From NCBI RefSeq assembly GCF_009914755.1, contig NC_060939.1: 64,000 nucleotides of DNA. The stretch is one strand, 5' to 3'. Shown in pieces: positions 36,679-64,000 of this stretch. This DNA comes from the human T2T-CHM13v2.0 reference genome, Homo sapiens. Made by a program: the position numbers and the translations under genes. The first letter of the stretch is position 1. Every line of letters starts with the position of its first letter. Below the pieces are notes generated by a model. That model saw only the letters and a program-made list of their open reading frames with translations, was not told where the DNA came from and made no database searches.

Positions 36679-37405
36679 TGAAACACCCTTTACAAAAATT
36701 ATAACTAAGGAAATTATGACAGTGAAAGAGATCAGACCTAACTGACTCCATCTTGCTTCTAACCTTTAAGTTGTCCTGGTTCATTCCTGGACATAGACAG
36801 AACTAACTTTGGGAAGGAATTCAGTTTATGGTTTGACTCGGAAACAAAATTGATAATAGACCTTTCCTGAAAAGACCCCCTTCTTGCCTAGGACCCGCCT
36901 TTGCACAACTAACAAATTAGCTACAAGATGAGAAGCTGTGGTTTAGGGGTCATGCAGCCTCTGGCTCCAAGAGTCTGAACCTCCCCAAATTGCTCCTGTG
37001 GATAATATCACTATTGTAAAACCTAGATCAGCGCTTGAGATATTTTGCAGACCCTGCACTGGATGGATCAACTGATACCACCCAGACTGGTAATCTGGCT
37101 CAACCAGTTCTGCCATCCTACCCAGGAACAGAAGACAGCAAGAAAACATCACTTAAATCCCCTATTCAATCCATCTCCAACCTAACCAATCAGCACTCCC
37201 CGCCTCCCAAGCTCTTACCCACCAAATTATCTTTTAAGACTCTGATCCCCATATGCTTGGGAAGACTGATCTGAATAATAATAAAACTCTGGTTTCACCC
37301 ACAGCTGGCTCTGTGTGAATTACTCTTTCTCCATTGCAGTTCCCCTGTCTTGATAAATCGGCTCTATCTAGGCAGTGGGCAAGGTGAACCCATTGGGCAG
37401 TTACA
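36679..37405 (+). mobile_element. LTR8/LTR8A solo LTR (ERV1)
   Basis: TGAAACACCCTTTACAAAAATTATAAC...CAAGGTGAACCCATTGGGCAGTTACA; no PBS downstream. Confidence 0.85.
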
Positions 37406-37440
37406 TGTTCACAGAGCAGCCACTTTCTTTAAAATTGAGG

Positions 37441-37776
<336 letters not shown>

Positions 37777-37824
37777 TTACCTTTATATGTTTGTTTGCCA
37801 ACTACAATACAAAAAGCAACTTAT

Positions 37825-38134
<310 letters not shown>

Positions 38135-38267
38135 GCAACTTATATTGCTTAAAAAGAAAGAGGATGTTTTAACTCCCAGTGAATAGGAAGAAGCCCTTTG
38201 ACCCTGAAGTCCTGTGAAGGGAAACAGGCTTAGAAAAGTTGGCCCTCCTCAGGAGATTGCCAAGTAG

Positions 38268-42031
<3,764 letters not shown>

Positions 42032-42118
42032 AAAGCAGAGGCCAGGCACCGTGGCTCATGCCTGTAATCCCAGCACTTTGGGAGGCTGAGGCAGGCAAAT
42101 CATGAGGTCAGCAGTTCA

Positions 42119-46745
<4,627 letters not shown>

Positions 46746-47015
46746 TGAAACTGCCTTTGCAAAAATTATAACTGAGGAAATTATGACAGCAAAAGAGATC
46801 AGACCTAACTGACTCTATCTTGCTTCTAACCTTTAAGCTGTCCTGGTTCATTCCTGAGTATAGGCTGAACTAACTTTGGGAAGGAATTCAGTTCATGGCT
46901 TGACTCTGAAACAAAATTGGTAACAGCCCTTTCCCGAAAAGACCCCCTTCTTGCCTGGGGACCAGTCTGCCTTTGCAGGACTAACAATTAGCTACAAGAT
47001 TAGAAATTATGGTTT
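46746..47015 (+). mobile_element. Truncated 3' LTR8A, cut off at an Alu (~47019-47324)
   Basis: Colinear with 36679-36945. LTR sequence does not resume after the Alu. Confidence 0.85.
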
Positions 47016-47016
47016 A

Positions 47017-47403
<387 letters not shown>

Positions 47404-47579
47404 CTACACTGGCCACTGGGCAGATATTAAGACCCAGATCTGAGGAAAGGAGGTTCTTGGAATCTCACAGGGCTGCCTGGTCCTCACACGCATCAGGCTG
47501 TTTGCTCACCGTGCTTCCCGTGGCACACTCACACTCACACTCATCATTCACACTCAGGTCAGGCATCTCCTCCTTCCAG

Positions 47580-47737
47580 CAGGGCTGGCTTCATGGGATG
47601 AGAGCTGTGAGGTCACACAGAGCCCTGTGCTCAGTAGGGCCCTGTGCTTAGTTTAATCCTCTGCTGCTGACATCTTGAAATCTGAATAAGAAGCCTTGCA
47701 CTTTCGTTTTACACTGGGCCATACAAATAATGTAACA
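47580..47737 (+). mobile_element. MER45A hAT MITE
   Basis: CAGGGCTGGCTTCATGGG...TTTTACACTGGGCCATACAAATAATGTA. Confidence 0.8.
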
Positions 47738-47755
47738 TACTTCCATAACATCTTT

Positions 47756-47836
47756 TTCTTTTTTAAAGAATTTTATTAACCATACTATTCCTTGCAAAGC
47801 AGGGTGAATTCATAGGCAGTGTGCCCAGAGTTGGCC
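47756..47836 (-). mobile_element. Short (~80 nt) polyadenylated retrocopy flanked by TSDs, resembling an ERV1 LTR R region
   Basis: Minus strand GGCCAACTCTGGGCACACTGCCTATG...AATAAA followed by an A-rich tail. TSD CATAACATCTTT (47744-47755) / CATAATATCTTT (47837-47848). Confidence 0.7.
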
Positions 47837-48856
47837 CATAATATCTTTCTGATGTCACCTCTCAATCTAAGTTGAATCTGGTGCCTCTCCTGGGCTCACA
47901 CAGCCCCCCTGCTCACTCCCCTCCCTAACAGCCCTGATCCCTCTAAACTGTAAGCCTTTACTCACTTATCTCTCTACCCTCTAGACTGAGCTCCTTGAGG
48001 GCTGGGGCAGTCTATCTGTACAACACCATACTTAACACACAGTAAGTACTCATTAAATGTGTGCTGAAATGAACAGAAATAGGAAGGCCTGGTCCAGTTC
48101 CCTACATGATTCTGGCCAGAGCAGGGTTTAAACCCATGTCTCTTACTTTAGGGCAAAGACAACCGTTGCTACCCTCTCACTCTCCTGATCGATAGCCAAA
48201 GGCTAAAATCAACCCAGATCAAAGCCAAATATAAATTTGTTTTTCTGACCTAGGGCCCAAATTAATGCATTTTGTTTTTCTCAAAGGTACTCTGTTGTTT
48301 TCTAGAACAGTTCAAGCCAACTAATCCAAAAATCTTAACACTCAAGGGGGAGTGGGGGCCCTGCTGGGTCACAGGGGGTTCAAACTGGTTCCAGAGGAAC
48401 TGGTGAGCTGTGGGCAGTCCACATTCTTATGTGTGTGGGGGGGCAGAGGTTGGGGGGTTCAGTGGGGAATGCTGAGGCTGGATTTTACAGGGGTCAGAAA
48501 AGGAAGGGAGGATATGGCTTATACTAGTTCTGCCAAATCTACCATGTAACCTCCTTACAGCCATTCATTCATTCATTCACTCACTCATTCATCCATTCAA
48601 ACAGGGGATGAGGAGGGTGTGCCAAGCACCAGAAAGGAAGGGCACAGGTCTGCTTTCTAGAGCTGCAGTCTCCATGAAAGAGTTTTTGAAGGATGGAATG
48701 ACCAGGCCTGGGCAAACTGACTTCTGGACAATTCTGGAGTGTGGGTACAGATGATCAGTGCTTGGCTGGTCAGAAAAGGGAAAGCCAGGAATGTGGGGGA
48801 GGTGAAAACAAAATGTTTCTATTCTCTAAATTCACAAAAGGGCAGGGAAGGGAGCG

Positions 48857-49160
<304 letters not shown>

Positions 49161-49238
49161 AAGGCGGGGGGTGGGGGACTGTTTTGAGAACTAGTCTGAA
49201 GCCAGGAACAAGTCACACAGACTTATTTTCAACCTGGT

Positions 49239-49478
49239 CCAATCAGTCATTGATCACGTTACTTCAGTCCCCTGAGAGCCAACCAATCAGCAACAGCTTC
49301 ATTCCAGGGACCATGCTTCTGAGAGCCAGCCAATCAGCAAGGGTCTTACTCCAGTGATTTGCTTCTGAAAGTCAGCCAATCCCTAACTGCCAAGACTGAA
49401 AGTCAGCCAATCTGCACACAGTCCAACTTTTGAAAATCAGCGAATTGCTGAATGCCATGCTTTCCATACCCTATATAA
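49239..49478 (+). promoter_or_regulatory. Array of five CCAAT boxes followed by a TATA box (probably the U3 of an ancient LTR)
   Basis: CCAAT at 49239, 49283, 49330, 49376 and 49407 in a repeated CTGA(G/A)AG(C/T)CAGCCAATC context; TATATAA at 49472-49478. Confidence 0.5.
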
Positions 49479-50780
49479 TATCAGCTCTAGGGTTGCTTTG
49501 GATCTGGGGTTTTTGTAAGTAAAGTTAGATTTTTTTTTTTCGGTACTGCAAGTACTGAATTCAGCCTCATTGTCTCTGAAATATATCCTGGAGAAGGAGG
49601 ACTTGAACTCTTACATGTCCCAGTGGCCCATACGGGGGTCTGTGGTACTGCCCCCTCCCCCCACACACCCCCATCCCAAGGCTGGGCAGGTCCCTGGGCC
49701 CCCTGGCCACAGCCACTTCACTAGCAGTTTCAGGGCCTCCTGGCCACTTCTCTAAAATCCCATCCTGTTCTTTCTCCTGTGGTTTCCTGAGAAGTAGGGA
49801 GGGAGGCTGTGGTTAAAGAGACTGGGTGGAGGGGGTTTCTCCACAAAGCCTTCCATGGGGCCCACAGGCAAGGGGGAGGGGCTCAGTCTAAGGGGGGTAC
49901 ACTGAGGGGAAGACACAGCCTGCTCTCCAAGTGGCAGTCTGAGAGGGACACTGATGGATGGGGGGCACATTCCAGGGCATCACGTCTGACTGGGTAACGT
50001 AGTCTGATGGGAGAGGCAGGATGCCTAAGTGTGCCCAGGAAAACAACTCTGGTGATCCAAGGCCGCAGAGGGTCAGGTCTATCTTCTGGGGCATGTACTA
50101 AGTACTGAGGTGGGTTGGGGACGAGGATGCAGAGAGTAAGTCAGAGAAGGCTTCGTGGTGGAAGTGAAGCTTAGGGCCAGAGCGCCTCCCCCAGCCATGC
50201 TGCTGGGTCAGGGCATGGAAGAGGACAACAGGGCTCACCCCTCTTTCTTCTCCCAATCCTCTCCCGCAGTGTCCCACAGGCCAAGCCTCTGATGAGGTAA
50301 ACCCAAGGCTGGAGATCCTTTCAGAAGAGAGCTCCTGTGGGCTTTGGAAGAGGGGACCCGGGTTGGCCTGGAAGAAGGGTGGGATGGGCCACTGAGAGTG
50401 GCTGGAGCAATAAACAGAATGAGGTTGCTGTGAAGGTTCCGGATCCTTTGCCGGCTCTGCCCCGTCCCACCCCTTCCCAAACACCGTCTCCACCCCTCCC
50501 CTCCCCGGCAGAACCCAGTCTTCTCTGTGCAGTGGGTACAGTACCCACCCATGCCCCCTCCCATGCCCAGCAGTCTGGCTGGGGTGCTCTGTCCTTGGCC
50601 TCTCCACCCCCACCGTCATCCCCATGCAAACCTCAAAGAGGCTGACTTGGCGTAGCATTTGCCTGCACTTACCTGTGGCTCTTCTGTTTGGAGCCAGCCA
50701 GAAACTCCTGAGTTTGGTTCCAAGGTGCTCTACCCCTCCTGCCTGCGGGAGGACTAGGTTCCTCAATCCTTCTCCTGAGG

Positions 50781-50943
50781 TCAGGCTGGGACTAGAGTGA
50801 GGCAAGCAAGGTGCCTAGGGCAAAATTTTAAGGAGGCTTGCCCTCCCAGGTGCACCTGAATGGCCCTGAGGGCCAGTGCCCCCTTAAATTGTGGGCCCTT
50901 AGGTGCCTCCTTGCTTTACCCACCATGCCCCCAGCCAGCCCTG
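50781..50943. mobile_element. MER96 palindromic hAT MITE
   Basis: CAGGCTGGGACTAGAGTGAGGCAAG...AAAATTTTAAGGAGGC pairs with GCCCCCTTAAATT...GGTGCCTCCTTGC. Confidence 0.8.
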
Positions 50944-51658
50944 ACCCTGCTGGGTGTTCTGGCCTCGAGAGTCTGAAATCTTATAAAATATGCCCTAAAA
51001 GCTGGTAGTCCGGAGTCCTTGGGCTGGCCTGGGCAGCCAGGTGCCTGTCCTCCCCATCTCCTGCCCTTAGCCCTTTTGGGAGAGGAAGCCAGAAGTGCTG
51101 AAGCCTGGGGCGGCTGGGACTGCGAGATCGGTATAAGGATGGGGGACCTCCACCCTCAAGGAACTGAAAACCATGTGGAAGGAACAGAATGGTCTGCCCG
51201 CAGGGGAAACCAAGCAAACCAGGCCTTTGATTGGGACCAAAGACAGATGTGAAACCCAGGACTCTGAGCTGACCTTGACTCCACCGAGCTCTGCCCTGGG
51301 GATCACCGGGCACCTCCAAGAGAGATCTGAATGGCTCTGGGAGATGCCAGGCTGAAACAGGGGACTTAGGTCCCAGGTCTCTGATGGAAATTAGCTGTGG
51401 AAGGGGACAGGTGTGAGCACCAGGAAAGATAAGGCAGTAAGGGACCCTGCCTGTGTGTGTCAGGAGCAGGGATCTGAGAGGGGTCTCCCACATCTCCATG
51501 CCCAGGCCTCAGTACTTGGGGGGGTCCCTGGGGCAACCCTCCCCCTATCTCGGCCACTGGGGCTGGGGCCTGTGCCCTGGGTCCTCTCTGCAGGTAGCAT
51601 GGTCATGCCAGAGCCCTTGGGCATCCTTTCAAAACTTACCTTGAGCCAGGAGCCTCCC

Positions 51659-52638
<980 letters not shown>

Positions 52639-53427
52639 CTCCCTCTGTGCCTGGGTCACTGTTTATGGTCCTCAGGAGGGGGGGCCCTGCTCATTGGCCT
52701 CTTCTGGTACTCGGGTGGGGTTGGGGTGGTCTGTAGCCCCATGAGGGCAGGATGGGGGCAAACCAAGTGTAGGGCGAGCATCCCCCTATGTCTTGGGAGG
52801 TACTGAGCTAGAGCTACAATGTGTGGATGGGGGGTGCTCCCCAATTAGTCTAGGCTGCGCCTTCTGCATTCCATTCTCTGCATGTCTGGAAGGCCTGAGC
52901 TCATGGGACAGACCCCACCCTGGCACCTGGTGGGCGGGGCATTGCTTTCAAGAGGTCACCTTTGTTTGGGAAAGGAAAAAACAAAGACGACATAGCTGGC
53001 TGGCGATTCTGAGTCTCACCTCCCAGGGTGTGGAGTGAGCCCAAACTCCTTGCCTCCCACATCTCCCCTGCCACCTTTCCCAGGGCCGGGAAACCCCCAG
53101 GAGGATCGAGACTCAGCTTCCACCCAACCCCTAGAAGACCTCTAATGGTCAGGCCTCCAGCCTTGGCTTGCATCCCTCCAGTGATGGGTAGCTCACTGCC
53201 CCCCAGAGAGTATTAGGTCATTAAAACAAAAACAAAAACAAAAACAGATTTTGGAGGTGGAACTGAGAGGCAGTGGCCTGGGGAAGCTGGAAGGACTGGA
53301 TCATGAGCCAGAATTGCTAGGGCAGACACCACACCACTGACCCCACACCTGGAACAGTGTCTGGGGCTATGTCAGCTAATGGGGTAAGGTTCCAGGGAGG
53401 CAGATTCCAGCTCAATAAGAAGGGCCA

Positions 53428-56963
<3,536 letters not shown>

Positions 56964-57488
56964 ATTATGAAATATATTTGTTTCATTTCATGATACTTAC
57001 TGTATAATCATGTAGAGGGAAGGGTTAAAGAATGTTCCACTGTGAGAGTCAAATGTGCTATGTGTATGCTGCTGGCTTGTACAGCTCTGCAAAAGGGGAC
57101 CCAGCCAGTTCCATGCCTGGGGAGACCTTGACTCCATGAGGAGGGCTGGGGAAGTGGTCAGCCTCTCTGGTCAGAGGAATGGCCTGGGCCGGACCTCCAA
57201 TCCTGGGCTTCCCAGCCCAACCATAACAACTCTCCATCTCAGCTCAATTCATCTATGAATGAGGTTCTCCAGGGATAGCCTACAGCCGCCTTATTGCACT
57301 GGGTGGAGGGGCAGAGGGACGCAATAGCTTTAGGTTAGCCCTGAGCAAATGCTGATAAGGAGCAGAAGTTCCAAGGGCACCAACTTGGGCCAGGCAGGGC
57401 AGACTGGACAGTGGCTAGAAAACTGGCAGATGCCCTCCAGCCTTACTCTGCCATCCTCTATCCTACCCTGCCCTCTCCCCTGTCATGA

Positions 57489-58179
57489 TAGAAGGGATAC
57501 AAAATATACCTCTGTGGCATAAGGATTATTTTGAGTGGGTGACATTTGAGAATCAACAGATGCAGGAAGAAACTTTTTTTTTCTTTTCCTGAACTCCCTT
57601 TATCTGCCTAAAAGCTGAGCCTCCCAAAAGAATTCAAATGTCATAAATCCCCTCCCCAGAGTTTGAGAGTTTCCCAGTCAGGGAAGATGGGCTCCTTTTA
57701 TGAGACTAGAAGAGAAATCACACCAAGATAAGAGATCAACTAAACCAACATTGTCACAAAACTATCATATCTCCCATCTTTTCTCCTAAGGGTCCATTTA
57801 CCTTTCCTAAAAGGCGCTTGTCTTCCCAAAAGTGTCTTTTCTCTTTTTTCCTTCCCCTATTAAGATGTTACGTCAGCCTCAAATTCTAAATCACTTTTTG
57901 AGTCACATTTTCAGTGAGTTCCTTCTTTTCTATGTGAATAAATTTTGTCTTTCAGATTAGAAATTATTAGAATAAAAAAATTAGAATAAAAATTATTCTA
58001 ATTATTCTAATAATTATATAATAATTATTCTAATTATTCTAATTATATAATTATTCTAATAATTATTATTCTAATAATGTTGTCTTTGTGCCTATTACTA
58101 GTTTATCAGTTTAATTTGCAGGCTCTGAAGCACTGAACTGAACCTATGTGGGTAGAGGAAAAGTTTTTCCTCCCAACAT
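57489..58179 (+). mobile_element. MER34A-like solo LTR with an internal AT-rich expansion (57957-58077)
   Basis: GGCATAAGGATTATTTTGAG...AAAGTTTTTCCTCCCAACA. Confidence 0.7.
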
Positions 58180-58203
58180 GATTATTTACTCACTTACTTA
58201 TCT

Positions 58204-60445
<2,242 letters not shown>

Positions 60446-60593
60446 TAATTTGCACATTTATCAGAACTACAGCCAGATTTGAGAGGTTTGTGGAGCCAAC
60501 ATATGCATTAATCCTATCAAGATCAACAAGTTTAGCTACTTTGCATATAACCAATCATGTGAAGAAATGAATGGCAACAGCCCTAGGGAACCT

Positions 60594-63636
<3,043 letters not shown>

Positions 63637-63639
63637 TAT

Positions 63640-64000
63640 AATACAATATCTGGGTAATTTATAAACAACAGAAAGTATTTCTCACAGTTCTGGAGGCTGA
63701 GAAGCATATTGTGTCTGGAGAGGGCCTGTTCCTCATAGATAGTGGCTTCTGTGTCCTTGTAACCACCCAACAGTTTCACCTTGCCCGTTGCCCAGACAGC
63801 TGATTTATCAAGACAGGGGAATTGCAATAGAGAAAAAGTAATTCATGCAGAGCCAGCTGTGTGGGAGAACGGAGTTTTATTATTACTCAGATCAGTCTCC
63901 TAAAGCATTCAGGGATCAGAGTTTTAAGGATAAGTTGGTGGGTAGGGGCCAGTGAGTCGCGAGTGCTGATTGGTTGGGTGGGAGATGAAATCATAGGGAG
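63640..64000 (-). mobile_element. MaLR (MST/MLT1A) fragment 63640-63757, then the 3' end of an LTR8-family LTR (63758 to window end)
   Basis: GGGTAATTTATAAACAACAGAAAG; TGTAACC...CACCTTGCCC...GACAGGGGAATTGCAATAGAG is the reverse complement of the LTR8 3' end seen at 37320-37405. Confidence 0.8.

Noticed and set aside
50098-50805. 235-aa minus-strand ORF
   Set aside because: No recognisable domain; low-complexity GC-rich composition; it starts inside a MER96 MITE.

Overview
Human genomic DNA: the AluYa5 and AluYb9 insertions are human-lineage subfamilies. The window is very repeat-rich (about 65 Alus plus L1, MIR/L2, many ERV LTRs and DNA-transposon fossils) and I find no supportable intact protein-coding gene. 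I could not place the locus on a chromosome from sequence alone. The only recognisable host-gene sequence is a processed SDF2 pseudogene (CDS relic 10243-10854, +). It sits inside an old L1 and carries a solo LTR12C-type element in its 3' UTR that points antisense through the pseudogene. Other notable structures: a ~660-bp tandem duplication with Alu microhomology (14689-16020); a near-abutting inverted AluY pair (16064-16679); an ERV1 cluster (LTR8, MER52 with a tRNA-Pro PBS and gag relic, 36.7-47.0 kb); an ~80-nt retroposed RNA with TSDs (47756-47836); a CCAAT array plus TATA box (49239-49478); a candidate LTR-driven spliced minus-strand transcript (50.2-52.6 kb); and a near-complete Hsmar1 mariner (61672-63636). 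Repeat family names are from recalled consensus sequences and need Dfam/RepeatMasker confirmation. Most boundaries are approximate unless a TSD is quoted. No novel biological system is demonstrated; the best leads are hypotheses about LTR-driven transcription.
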